From the NCBI RefSeq assembly GCF_006345805.1, contig NC_043011.1:60896464-60960463 (forward strand): DNA of 64,000 nt. Direction: 5' to 3'. This DNA is from Octopus sinensis. Lineage: Eukaryota. Positions 12,802 through 26,269 of the stretch are shown here, piece by piece. A model generated the notes under the pieces. It saw only the letters and a list, made by a program, of their open reading frames with translations, was not told where the DNA came from and did not search any database. The translations under genes and the position numbers were made by a program. Position 1 is the stretch's first letter; each line of letters begins with the position of its first letter.

Positions 12802-13759
12802 TCTTACTATAATGAGCGTTATGGCTTCCAGTCTGTGTTTTCTTCATAGTCAAACGGCTGGACTAATGGTCACGATGGTTTTTCGGAATTACGAAGGATG
12901 TAATCAGGAAGATTTTAGAGAAAAAATGTGAAAAAGTATGGTTATTTACTGGATATTGAGTTTTCTATTAATAAATCACCTTTGATTTTATTTTGTTAAA
13001 TTCTGGCGACGAGAATTAACTATGGATTCCTTACTACCGTATATTTCGTGAATTTAGAGGGTTTAGATTTGCTATAATATACCTTTATTTCCCATCATAG
13101 ACGGGAAGATTCCTAAGGATTCCGCTCATGCATTCACAGCAAACAAAGCAGCACAAGGCCAGACTTTAGATCGTGTAGGTGTATTTTTACCCACTCCGAT
13201 GTTTGCACAAGGCCAGATATACGCGGCCATGAGTAGAGCAACGGACTCCAGTAATTTGAAAATTAGTGTCGACCAAACAGAAAATATTGTCTACAAAGAA
13301 GTTTTGTAATCATATTGATATTATCGAAAGGAATAGGATTCATAATTTAAATAAAGAATTTTCAGAACTTTGAATGTATAAGAGTATAAACAAGCGTAAA
13401 ATAGTGTAAACAACTAAAATAAAAATATATCTAAACAGCATTTTTTGTCATAATACTTTTTTTATGTTGTGGTCGAAGGAAGCCCTGGCTTTCATCAGCA
13501 GTGGTCCTCGTAACCATTCATGATAGAGAGGCTGGGAGCCTATTTCAGGTGCGGGAGTGAATCGTCATCACGTGTCACTCAGTTGCAAACACATGTCATA
13601 TAGCTGCAGTAGAATGCTGTATCACCAACAATAATGTGATTACTCTAAGACATCAGCCAGTAATCTATTAAGTCCATTTACACATTCCTCAATACATACT
13701 ACTGTTATGACTTCCTTCCCTCACTTTATGCCTCCATCGTAGACGGGTAGATTTGCTAG
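12802..13759 (+). mobile_element. Non-autonomous Helitron with both termini (~958 bp)
   Basis: A|TCTTACTATAAT 5' end; 3' hairpin CCATCGTAGACGGG followed by CTAG|T; internal PIF1 helicase tail. Confidence 0.75.
13124..13309 (+). pseudogene. Helitron RepHel PIF1 helicase C-terminal fragment (motifs V-VI)
   Basis: AHAFTANKAAQGQTLDRVGVFLPTPMFAQGQIYAAMSRATDSSNLKISVDQTENIVYKEVL*; absent from the ORF track because the in-frame Met leaves a frame too short to be listed. Confidence 0.9.
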
Positions 13760-14059
13760 TTAGAATAATTTAAAATTGCAGTTATACGTGTATTTTCTTT
13801 AAATCCGAAACAACGGATCTTTTGTAGAGAGAGTGTGAAGAGAATTTTCGATCTTTCGTTCTTTGTACACATAATATAGCAGATGAAGTACAACTTTCAT
13901 CGGTGGAAAATAAACTACTAATCGTAAACAATCCATAATAAAGACATAATGGCACCAATCGCAGATGATTGATTTTAATTTTGTTTTTGTTATTTTCTTT
14001 TTTTATAAATGAAAATGTGGAAGTTTTCAGGTCAAAAGACGAAAACTGGTACTCCGTCA

Positions 14060-14330
14060 GCTACTGTGTCACGGGTTCCAGTTGATCCGACCAACGGAAG
14101 CCTGCTCTAAGGTGCAAGTGGTTGATTACTCCACAAAAACGTGTACCCTTAACATAGTTCTCGGGAAGATTCAGCGTGATACAGAATGTGACAAGGCTGG
14201 CCCTTTGAAATGCAGGTAAAACTCGTTTTTGCCAGCTAAATGGAGTGGAGCAACGTGAAATAAAGTGTCTTGCTCAAGGACACAATAGGCCGCTGGGAAT
14301 TGAACTCATGAACTTGCGATCGTGAGCCGA
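14060..14330 (-). mobile_element. SINE family D
   Basis: AAGTGTCTTGCTCAAGGACACAA..GGGAATTGAACTC..GATCGTGAG is a reversed SINE head and core. Confidence 0.6.
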
Positions 14331-14419
14331 AATGATAAGAAGGTAAGAAATTACGAAATCAGCTTTAGTAAACAACATGAGTAATCAGATAGCCGTATAT
14401 AACTATCCTACCACACATA

Positions 14420-14631
14420 CGAGGAGATACTGAAAACTCTCTGTCTTTAAGAATATCTCGAAAGGATTGATTGGACGCACAACCTCCCGAGTTCTTTTAG
14501 AGGGTTTAGAAAAGCTGAAGGACCCTTGTAATAACTGTGTGAATCTGAGAAGGGAATATGTTCAATAAAATCATAACTGATCCTCCTGCATTTTTTAAAA
14601 CCCAAAGCCAACGATTTTTCAGTACCCCTTG
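14420..14631 (+). mobile_element. mariner-derived MITE
   Basis: TA|CGAGGAGATACTGAAAA ... TTTTCAGTACCCCTTG TIRs; internal GLEKLKDPCNNCVNLRREYVQ* resembles the mariner C-terminus. Confidence 0.65.
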
Positions 14632-14642
14632 TCACACCCACA

Positions 14643-14690
<48 letters not shown>

Positions 14691-16423
14691 TAGAGGGAGA
14701 GGGAGAGAGGGGAGACAGACTCGTTCATTCAATGACAACGCGTTCAGTTAATTTTGAATCGGTTTCGTGCATTTTGTTTCGTCCGATCGCATAAAAAGTT
14801 CTAAATTTCGCCAAGGAAGTATCCAAAGCTTTTCATGTTAATTTGTATTGAAAACAACGCTCGAGATTATATGCAAAGGCGTGTTAACAGCTACTGGGCA
14901 CAATATGAGACTATAAAATAACGCGAAGGAAATGACCGCAATCCAGGGAAAATGAAATACGTCAGCGTAAGCTTAGGTATATAACTCAGATGATAATGTC
15001 ATCGACCTGCGCCGCAGAATCAAACAATTTAACGTTGTAAATTGGGACAACAATTTCGCTTAATGCAAATAATATTTCAGAAAAAGAAATTCCCTTAATA
15101 CGAATGTTATTACATTGGAGAATTTGAAGAATAACATAATAAATTCAATAGGAGTATCTTAACAATCAATTTCCCCAAATACAAGATCCGTCATCAAACA
15201 TTGCAAAGATCGTTGAAGAAACAATGTGAAACCACATTGCTCTAAAAAGAAAGTTCTTGCCATGACTGCAATATTAAAAAACACAGCATCTTCAATGGTG
15301 ATATGATCATTGCGAAGCTCTTTCAGTGTCAAGTCACCAGACAAAATTACTCCAAAACAAGCTCTAAAATTTCTGTAACAAAATGTAATAAAGTGTTCCC
15401 TTTTTGATACATAACAGTTAGGCACTCAAATACACTTGGAACATCGACTGCTGAGCTCCAAACAACTGCAATGGTGAAACGTACGTAGCAACTGTTAATT
15501 TATACTTGTGTCTATCTCAGTTTACCACAACATATGCTCTGTGTATCAGAACTAAATGCAATGCTAAGCACATTGGTAGACTGACCACTATACTGGAAGC
15601 TGACAGAATAATAATCTAGGTGGCGCTCTAATTCATACAATCGTAGTCGTATATCTAACTGCACACACACAAGATATACACTTTTATAAAACGAAATTGC
15701 CTTCACTTGCCGATCCATGGGCTACATTTGAAGAGTGATACTGGGAGGTAGGAACTGAACCCTGAACAGTGACACCATCAAACTCCTGCGATATTTGATG
15801 TATGAATGTTAGAGGTGTATAACGAAGCGTTGTCCATAACAGGAAGATGTTTTATTAGAAGCCCATCCAGACAGAAGTAGGAACGTTCAGTGGGAACAAA
15901 CATATTTGCGAAACACTCAGCAAATAAACTCCGGGTAAATCAAATCAATGAACACAAAACTTGTTCCTGTCGATGTTTTTGTAGGCCCTGGAGTTTTCTG
16001 AATGATGCACAAGGAGTGGCTTTGTCCTTAAATTTCAGGTTTTGTCTCTGAAATGTTAGGTTTGCCTCACCTTCATCAGCTTATGTCCAAAACAATTGGA
16101 CTCCTAGAGGGTTTTTTTCTCTCAAAAATACAAGTCAGTCTCTCATCACAATGAAACCCCTGCTGGAAATATAAACAACATGTCTTCACAAGTTCTTAAG
16201 CTTCGTACAATTTTTTTCTAAAGTGATTTTTTTCTGAATTAGTAGCTTTACTACACTCATGAATATTCGAGCGATTTTTAAAGTATTCAAAGCAATCATA
16301 ACTGGTTATAAATCTCACAGCCTTTTGGCTCCCTATGATCGTTGCTAATAAAAAATTACCTTTGAAGCTGCTCATAAAGAGGCTTTGCTTCTGTTCACAA
16401 ATAAATATCGTTTTTTATTAATG

Positions 16424-16620
16424 TTTTTATCTTTTACTTGTTTCAGACTGCGGCCGCGCTGTAGCAACGCCGTGACAAACTATTTGTCGACTGAATCGAC
16501 TCCAAAACATACTTTTGTCTTAAGCTTGGTACTTAGTTTATTGGTTTGCTAGGCCGAACCACTAAGTTACGGGTATGAAAACACATCAACACCACTTGTC
16601 AAGCAGTGGGGCAAAGAGGA

Positions 16621-16676
<56 letters not shown>

Positions 16677-16915
16677 CACACACACAACACCACACACACC
16701 ACACACACACACATAGACAGACAGATACACACACACACACCACACACACACACACCACACAAAGTTTCGGCCAACCAAATCCCCTCACGAGGCTTTTGTT
16801 GGCCCGAGATTATAGTGGAAGAGACTCGTCTACGGTGGTTCCACGCTGTGAGTCTGAACCCTGAACCACATGGTCGGGAAGCAAGCTTCGTACCACATAA
16901 ACCTGCCTACGCCTA
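16424..16915 (-). mobile_element. SINE family A with expanded internal (CA)n
   Basis: Both halves similar to the 22141-22580 copy, separated by ~140 bp of CA-rich repeat. Confidence 0.7.
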
Positions 16916-17462
16916 CTCCCCTGCCCTATTTTTCGACCTAAAATTTCCAGTCACTGGTTTTTCTTTCTTTCATTCTAGCAACAGATTTTCCCATTTACAT
17001 CCTTGAGTGAAATATGAATATTACAAAGCTAACTATGCCTTCGGCTTTCATACACTTTTAAACTGGCCTATTTTGATTCAAATATATTCAAACTGTACAT
17101 TTATCAATCGATCGATACTCCACACTCAGTTCACTTAATTTGGTGCCACACTCTCTCTTAGAAATATTCTCTGTTTATATATTTCTGAAGAAAAGCTCTT
17201 TTGTGTAAACTGTGTTTTCAGCACACCTGCACAGGTGGAAGGATTTGGAGTTAAATGTTTGAAGTTATTAAATAAAAATAACTGAAAATATAATTGTTTA
17301 TTTTTAATTAATTTGCCACTAAGATGAACTGAAAATCATCTCTCTCAAGGCATCTTTGTCTTGTAAAAGAAGAAAAAAGCATACACACACGCACACATAC
17401 AAATACACAAACACACACACACATATATTTTGGTATGCATATACATACATACGCATATATAT

Positions 17463-17493
<31 letters not shown>

Positions 17494-17494
<1 letters not shown>

Positions 17495-18040
17495 AATAAA
17501 TGAAAGAATGGAGTTGAACGACGAATTAACAAAATTCCTTTATTTTATTTTCAACATATGTTTCGAAGGCTGCATATTCCTAATTTCGAAGGAATAAGGG
17601 GTGCATTATGCTGCCTTCTCATCAGAAGAGACAAGGAACTTATGTCAACATCAAGATGAACAAAAACTTTTAGATGACTGCCCATACGGGCTCCGTGTGG
17701 GCAGTCATCTAAAAGTTTTTGTTCATCTTGATGTTGACATAAGTTCCTTGTCTCTTCTGATGAGAAGGCAGCATAATGCACCCCTTATTCCTTCGAAATT
17801 AGGAATATGCAGCCTTCGAAACATATGTCGAGAATAAAGGAATTTTTTAAATCGTCGTTCAACTCCATTCTTTCATTTATTTGTTTTTAAAAAAAACACA
17901 CAAATTTCCACACGATAGCACGTGATCTCTGCCCCAGACATGTAGCTTCAACCGTGTTTTTCTGACGTGAATTTGCTACCCAGGTATCGGTTAACCGAAT
18001 TATCCATAATAAGATAATTCATTCAACTACTCAATTATCT
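17494..18040. mobile_element. Penelope-like fold-back remnant (arms 17494-17689 / 17693-17882)
   Basis: ~190 bp near-perfect hairpin with a ~3 nt loop, ~160 bp right extension and (TA)n flanks. Confidence 0.8.
17753..17833 (+). ncRNA. Type I hammerhead motif with extended stem II (mirror copy at 17549-17629, minus)
   Basis: TCTT|CTGATGA|GAAGGC...GCCTTC|GAAA CATATG TC|GAGA; palindromic CATATG loop, GUC triplet (GUU in the mirror copy). Confidence 0.8.
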
Positions 18041-18107
18041 ATATATATATAGGTATGCATAAACATAGATGTACTTACGTATGCATTTATATATATACTC
18101 ACGTATG

Positions 18108-18300
18108 AAGGTGCATGGCTCAGTGATTAGAGCGCCGAACTCACAATCATGAGGTAGTGAATTCGATTCCCGGACCCCGGGATGTGTATTGTGTTCTTGA
18201 GCAAGACACTTTATTTCATGTTTCTCCAGTTCACTCAGCTGTAGAAATGGGAAGTGACGTCAGTGGTTTCACACTGGATCGGCCTTTGCCTTTCCTTTGG
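18108..18300 (+). mobile_element. SINE family D
   Basis: TGGCTCAGTGATTAGAGCG A box, ATTCGATTCCC B box, TGTGTTCTTGAGCAAGACACT core. Confidence 0.7.
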
Positions 18301-18375
18301 ACAACATCGGTGGAATGACTTCTGGTGTTCCTTAAACAACCATTCATGACCGTAAGAGGGTCTTTATCCTTTACG

Positions 18376-18453
<78 letters not shown>

Positions 18454-18555
18454 TGTATATAATCCCCAAATGTAATATCTATTTCGACACATGATTTCAC
18501 ATCAAGAATCTTGCAAAAATATATACATAAACGTATGTATGTGTGTATATATACA

Positions 18556-18640
<85 letters not shown>

Positions 18641-18663
18641 GTCTGTCTGTCTGTCTGTCTGCC

Positions 18664-18697
<34 letters not shown>

Positions 18698-19369
18698 GCT
18701 ATTTATCTGCACATTATGAACATATATATTCACACATTCACACACACACATGTACACATACATAGGCAAAGCACACATTCATACATAAACGAAAGATCAA
18801 ATTAGTTTCCAACGATTCTTTTCCCGCCCCCGTCCCGCCACATCCTGCAACTTGAGCTGATTTTCTCAATCCAGTTTTGACATCCTATCACCGTAAAAAC
18901 TCATCAAACACATTGACGGTATTCTTTGGTCGAGCAAGAAACAAAGACACCTTATATTCTGCTCTATTGAACGACTAGCTTCAAAAGCAATATCCTTCTT
19001 TGTGCATGAAGTAACAAACCTTTATCGTAAGCTATTTCCTTTCACAAGATGTGAGGGTTGTTACAGTTCGAGTTGCAATTCCTATCTGGGTCACATTGTG
19101 GTCAATAAAATTTAGGTGAACGCATTTATCTCGCTCTGTATATTCACATGATTTATTCACGTAAAATATATATTTACTTATCCAACAACACAAAAAGAAT
19201 TCATGCGAATAATTTTGGTTGTGGACATATTGTCTCTGTGACATACGTCTGTCTTTATGTATGTCCTTCTTTGTTACCTGTCAGTCTGTCTGTTTGTCTG
19301 TTTATATGTACCAACACTCTACTGTAAAGATAGCGCTTTGGCAACAACACTTGCTTCGTATATATTTAT

Positions 19370-19634
19370 ATATATAATATTAATTAGAGACAAAACCACT
19401 ATTATGCAAATCAAACAAAGAAAGACTTAATCCAATACATAAAATTTTTTATATAAATTAAATAAATAATTTTTATTTAATTTATATAAATTTTTTATGT
19501 ATTTGATTAAGTCTTTCTTTGTTTGATTGCATAATAGTGGTTTTGTCTCTAATTAATATTATATATATTTTACTATAAAATTGGATTCAATCCTAATCTG
19601 ATTTTTCCCTGTAAATTGGATTATTCCCTAATAT

Positions 19635-19645
<11 letters not shown>
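19370..19645. mobile_element. Fold-back remnant of the 8627 family lacking the hammerhead
   Basis: Arms ~19370-19465 / 19473-19567 match 8704-8790; the extension matches the reverse complement of 8627-8700. Confidence 0.75.
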
Positions 19646-19665
<20 letters not shown>

Positions 19666-20036
19666 TATATAGTAGGATATCAGAATGCTACTTGCTAGAA
19701 AGAGGAGCTAACACTCCAAAACCACAGATTCATGGTCCGGAACTTGATTCTGGCGCAATAGACTGCTCGGCTACATATATTCATACATGCATACATACAT
19801 TCACACACACGTACACACATTCATAGACACATACATAAACAGATACATACAAACATACATACACACATACATACACACATACATACACACATTCATACAC
19901 ACATACAAACGTACACACATACATACACACGCACATCATACATACCTACATATATGCATGCATACATACATACATACATACATACATACATACATACATA
20001 CATACATACATACATACATACATACATACATACAAA

Positions 20037-20520
20037 CAGTAGATGTTAACATAAAGCTGAAGATCAGTGAAAAAGGAAACACCTTTGCTGAACTATTGAG
20101 AAATTTTCAGTTACTCTATCCGGATTACAAGTTCAGGTTTATAGCTGTAATTATTGGGATATGTAACACTGCCTAAATACCAATCTTGAGAAATTAAGGT
20201 TCACAAAAACAGAAAGAAGAAAGCTAATTCGAAGACTACAGATCCAATCCATGGGTGGAACTGTAAAAGTCTGTAAAACTTTTCAGAAGTTTATCATTTA
20301 AATATATGTGAGCATGTCTAGATATGTAACTATATGCAGGAGAATACATACATAAAACATAGAAATCTGCACATATGCATACATACATGCAAAAATTTGA
20401 CCATTATTTATAACCCGTCTTGCTTATGTTGATGTTGAAATTCCAATGAAAGAACCTTGGATCTAGGTTAGAAATGGGTTCATTATTAGTAAGAAATCTC
20501 GAACTAAAACTGAACAATCA
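20037..20520 (+). mobile_element. R4/Dong-like non-LTR retrotransposon 3' end (RLE domain tail plus 3'UTR)
   Basis: VDVNIKLKISEKGNTFAELLRNFQLLYPDYKFRFIAVIIG...NLEKLRFTKTERRKLIRRLQIQSMGGTVKVCKTFQKFII* fits P.D.NI..K..EK..KY..L...V.PVIIGALG; preceded by long (CATA)n. Confidence 0.7.
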
Positions 20521-21140
20521 AATCCATCCATCCTTCCATTCATACACACACATACTCGCACAAACACACACACACATATATATATATTTATTTATGCATG
20601 TATATATGTATGTGTACACAGACATATATATTCGTGCATGGTGCTTTTCAATGGTAATGAGCATTCAATATACACTCTCCCCTTGTATACCCGATGTATA
20701 TTTACACACATAAATACACAAACACACAAACACACCACACACACATATATATATATACATATTATATGCGTATATACATGTACCTAAGTGTGTATCTGAG
20801 TGTGTGTGTGTGTGTGTGTGCGTGTGCCTGTGCATGTGCGTATGTGCTGTGCATATTCCGGGTGCACTGGTTCAGCTGTGTGTTCGTACGAATGCTGTTC
20901 GGGCAGATACAATCATTATATAACCTGGTTGTAACTTGCTTTCGTGTAATCTAATAACTCAAGATCTGAAACGCTGATTAAATCAGGTGGAAATCGTTTC
21001 TTGCGTAGAACTAGCTTTTAGTGTTGTATGTTTAAATTTTTGTCAAGGGTAATACGTTTAGTTGGCAGCACACCCTGTCACAACAGAGAGAGAGAGAGAG
21101 GATGAGAGAGAGCTACGCACACACACATGCATATATATAC

Positions 21141-21172
<32 letters not shown>

Positions 21173-22140
21173 AATATATGAATACATGTATATGTGGTCA
21201 TGAGTGTGTGTGTGGGGGGTGTGTGTCTGTTTATAAGTTTGTATATTACCTATTTTTTGTATTTTTGTGATAAGACATGATACCCTTATAAAAAAATCTG
21301 CTCTGTAAATCTCGTCTTTGTAAATTATCCTTGAATTAAGTAAAACTCCAAAACGATATTGGAACAGCTGCTGATAAACCGAAAGCAATTTTCGTGTAGG
21401 CGTTGCCATGTTCTTCGCCAAATTCTAAAACTTTTATCAGACAAATTACAAATTGAAAGGAAAAAATTGCGAAAAATACTTTTGTTCACACACAACTGCG
21501 GCTTGATTCGGCGCAATATATTTTTGTTATCTTTTTATATGGTAGGTATGTGGTGAGAGCAATGAAAAAAAAAATGAAAATTCTCGGTAATACGACACCC
21601 TGCAGTGGTATACACCGAATGGATAGCCAGTTGAAATCCAATACGTTTCACGTCGTTAATACTGCTTTTCGTTGAGAAGAATCATAAATGTTACTCCGTA
21701 CTAAGTTTCCATCTGCCATTATGAAGAATGTTTCGACAAAATTAAAGCAACAACAAATAAACTAACGAAATTTATCGCTATTTGCGCCGTCTACAACAAA
21801 GCTTAAAACAATAGTTTGCATATTTGTTCTTATACATTCCAGCAAATTGAAACGAATATACGCTAGTCGCCGTTGTGTGCGTCACAGAAGAACTACTACT
21901 CCGTCTGATAACAACCGTGTGTTCATTAGACAATGGAATCGTTGGCGCAAACAATTCTAGAACACCGGTGTTCTTATATGTGCTTCGTCATCAAGTGGAC
22001 CTTTGTGATAAACAAGATACTGGGTTTGTTTATAATTTCATCGAACAAGCAGTTTGGGGATCAGTGTTTATACCTGCCAACCAAAAAAAAATTCGTTATT
22101 TTTTTCTGTACAGTGGGATCTGAAATTAACGAATAATATC

Positions 22141-22580
22141 CTCTTTTACTCTTTTACTTGTTTCAGTCATTTGACTGTGGCCATGCTGGAGCACCGCCTT
22201 TAGTCGAGCAAATCGACCCCTGGACTTATTCTTTGTAAGCCTAGTACTTATTCTAGCAGTCTCTTTTGCCGAACCGCTAAGTTACGGGGACGTAAACACA
22301 CCAGCATCGGTTGTCAAGCGATGTTAAGGGGGACAGACACAGACACACAAACACAGACACACACACATACACACACACATACACACACACACATACACAC
22401 ACACACACACACACACATATCTATATATATATATATATATGACGGGCTTCTTTCAGTTTCCGTCTACCAAATCCACTCACAAGGCTTTGGTCGGCCCGAG
22501 GCTATAGTAAAAGACACTTGCCCAAGATACCCAGCAGTGGGACTGAACCATGCGGTTGGTAAGCAAGCTACTTACCACAC
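22141..22580 (-). mobile_element. SINE family A, near full length, young
   Basis: Close reverse-complement match to 50055-50410; internal (CA)n(TA)n. Confidence 0.85.
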
Positions 22581-24719
22581 AACCAAAGAAAGATAAAGCT
22601 ACAATCGAAATGCCGAGATTGATCTATAATTGTACTTATTTCATGCCATTTTTGTCTTTTAATAACCTCGTCAAAGATGTGATGGTTACAGTTTTCACGT
22701 AATGCACACACAAACATACGTTCACTCACGCACACACACACACACACATATTTACCAACACACACACACACACATGCCGGAATATATCGGAGAAGGGTGT
22801 AAATATCGGTGGAAACCCACGAAGGTAGTGACACTCTTTTGTCAGACTTGTAGTCAGAAATGCAGTCTATAAGTAACTGGCCATCCTGAAATCTGAAAGA
22901 ACAAAGACGAAAACTCTTCTCCAGAAATTACAATATCAAGAAAATAAATTTAAAGAAAACACATACAACGCTAACCGCAAGCGGGTCATTTGTGTAGAAA
23001 GAGCTGCCAGTAACATTAGCATAAATTACAGCAATTCTAATCTATTGAATATAATATTTTACTGCCGTTCATCAAGTAACATTGCTTTCTTCTACTTCTG
23101 CAAGGAAAGTAAGTATTCGCTAGAATCTGCTACATATCCGATTCTTTTCACTCCCAACATAATTTGTATTAAGTACTTCAACTTGATTAACTATCAGAAG
23201 GCTATCTTTTTCCCTCTTCAAATCTCTTCTGCATATCCATTTCCAGTTCACATTTGTCTTTAGCTTATTTGCTTCTGTTCATGAAATGGCATATTGCCAG
23301 ATCCTCTCTTTTCTAAACGTTCTTTGATTTTCTGCCTTCTTCTAAATGTTCGTCTTGTAGCTATCCGTGTTGGCAGTCAGGCAGCGCTTAGAAGTATAAA
23401 GAAAAAAATGAAAGAAAGAAAGAAGTCCATTATTTCTAAATCTAAGTCTCTCTCTTCCTTTCTTTTATGCATCGCTGTGTTCATTCATGCCTCTTTGTCT
23501 AATTATACGAGATTACCAGAAAAATTTATTTTTGTCACGCATGAATAGCGGTAGATCGGGAAAATCATTAGAGCGTCGGACAAAATGCCTCAGTTTCACT
23601 GGCAAAAAAAAAAAAATAAGATCAATACATCGGACAGAATGCATTGTAGCATTTCATCCCACATTTTACACCCTAGTTCATAACATGTTGGGGTCGACCT
23701 GCTTTTCAGTTTATCGGGTTGATAGAATAAAGTACCGTTGAAGTACAAGGATTGATGTTATCTGCTAATCCATTCCCTTAAATCTTCCTATTTTACAAAC
23801 AGACTCAACTATTGACGCAACCACAAATGTTGAGTTTAAATCGAAGTAGCAATGCCTTTCAATTGCAGCGCCAGGTAAGGGACTTTTGGAATATTTCTCG
23901 TGATTCCAATCTGAAATTTTCTCTTCGGCTGGCTCTTCATATGATTTTCATGAATGTCCAGATATTCTTCGAGAATGTTGTCGTCCTTAACAACTGTTAA
24001 GAATACCAAACTTGGCGCGGTTTTTTTACGCATTGTCTAACTAGTAGAAAGCTGCGAGAGTTTTGGCATTCCAATTATAATGTGCCCAATCTTGGTGTTC
24101 GCTTGAACATGATTGCAGTTCCGTAACCCCCCCCCCCCTAAAATGAATGTGTGAAAATATGCCTAGGAAATGGCACAACTTTATAAATGACTAGAACTAT
24201 CTGCAAATGTCACAGTATGGCACATGTTTGTCTTTCCTCAGCCGCGACATACCAAGCCCTCTGCGCAAATTGTGTTGGGAGTAGATGTATCTGAGGACCA
24301 GTGAAACACGTCTTTTATTACAAGAAGCAAAAGAGCAGGCGCTCCGATCTGATCATGTGATACCTAGAGTAAAGTAGCACGGCAAGGTGGAAATAGACAA
24401 CAGAGGTGATATGATGTGGGTATTCACCATCTATATTCGCTCTTTCAGGAATAGCTTCCTCTTAACCCGTTTCTAGGCGAAACTGGTTACCCTGTCCATA
24501 ACTTCATTTCAGTTCTTAATTACCTGGAAGTCAGGCCCGGACAACTCAAAGCACCAGAATAACATCGTCAGTCCTGAAATCCACGTTGCTGGTTGTTGTG
24601 AAATCGCTTCTTCAAATGTCGATTCGCAAGACCATCAGCTTGACCGAGGTTATGTATATTCGAGGGACTAAAATATTGAACATTCAGAATTTGGCACACG
24701 TCTACATATTTGTAATTCC

Positions 24720-25590
24720 AGTATTTGGTTGGTATTTTATTTCGTTAATCCCCAAAAGAACAAATAGTAAAGTTGACCTTGTCGGGGCTGAACTTGCTAC
24801 ATAAAATTACGCAGTTGAATAATGCAAAGTGCATTCTTCGCCGCTCAATCCATTTTGATAATACACTGCCCCAAAATATACAGCAAAAATCAAGCACTGC
24901 ACACTCTAGTGCTGGCTTCAGATTTTGGATCAAAGTTAGTAATTTGTGAGGAGCGGGTAATTCGATTACATCGATCCCATTGCCTACCTTATCGACCCCA
25001 AAAGGATGAAAGGCAAAGACGAAACGTGGCAGAATGTAGAGAGGAACAAAATATCGCTAAGCATTTTGCCCGACCAACCAAAGACTCTGTCAACTCACCG
25101 CCTTGCCGCTTACTCTAATATCGATTTCAAATTTTGGCACAATGCCACCACTGTTTGTGTGTGTGTGTCGAGCTGAGGAGATAAGTCGATTACATTGACC
25201 CCAGTGTTCAACTGGTACCTATTTTATCGACTCCGAAAGGATGAAAGACAAAGACGACCTCGGCGGAATTTGAAATGAGAACATAAAGAGAGACGAAATG
25301 CTTGCCAGCATTTCGTCCAGTGTGCTAACGATTCCGCCAGCTCGCAGCCTCGCCGCTCAATCTAATATTAACTTCCATGGTTATCACAAGAGCACAACAT
25401 TTTGGTGAGGAAGTTACAGCCGATTCAATCCCCCCCACCCCCGGTTATTCGACTGACATTTATTTCATAAATTTAAGAGAATTAAAAGGCAATGTCGACC
25501 TCAGTGTCATTGGAAATTAAAACATAAAAATATATCACTAAATACTACAAAGCTATTAAAATTAGGCGTTCTACCGATTCTGCCAAACCA
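24720..25590 (-). mobile_element. Head-to-tail cluster of about 4 SINE family B copies
   Basis: Recurring ATCGAC.CC.AAAGGATGAAAG.CAAAG motif near 24750, 24990, 25225 and 25470. Confidence 0.65.
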
Positions 25591-26210
25591 CAGCATTTCC
25601 ACTCCACAAACGGAAACTCAAGTCGACAAACACCGAAACTGATATCCCAAATATTTAATATCTCAGTCTTTGAATTTCCAAGAAAAAGTGTGAAGCGGTA
25701 CGGAGATGAGTGTAGCTTAACACCTGATAAGCAAGCTCCCTCTGTCAGACATATTTCCTATTTAACTTATATGAAGCGAAAGCGCTGACAGCTACTGAAA
25801 TATTATCGTTTAGCATTTTAATAAGCGAGTAGCTTGTTAAAAGTTGAAAGTTAGCAACGTGTGGGCAGCGTTTTTAATTGTTGCAAATATATTTATTTAT
25901 AGTGTCTCATTATAGCCTCATCATCATCATCATCATCATCATCATTACTGTTACTATAATAATAATAATAATAATAATTATTATTATTATGATCATCTTC
26001 ATCATCATATATTCATGTTAAACTCTTAATGCAAATGTTCACCCTCTCAATTTTCTCAGCATACGCACCACACACACACACGCACACATACACACACACG
26101 TCACTTTAGCGCCCGTTAGTATAGTAATATTTTTTACAATTATATTTCAAGTATAAATTAAACAATATGGTATTATTAGTACGCTGGTCATTGATGAATC
26201 ATTAAGTAAT

Positions 26211-26269
<59 letters not shown>

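Noticed and set aside
15100-16000. Non-repetitive stretch with short minus-strand ORFs (15159, 15512)
   Set aside because: No recognisable motif in the frames I translated and no clear splice signals; left unannotated.
16030-16085. CTGATGA on the minus strand (also at ~13490)
   Set aside because: No correctly placed GAAA-N-UH and stem I; not counted as a hammerhead.
3133-17837. Mirror-image ORF pairs (3133/3582, 5724/6573, 17551/17601) suggesting paired small genes or toxin-antitoxin loci
   Set aside because: They are by-products of the inverted arms; the peptides have no recognisable motif, and the conserved feature is RNA structure.
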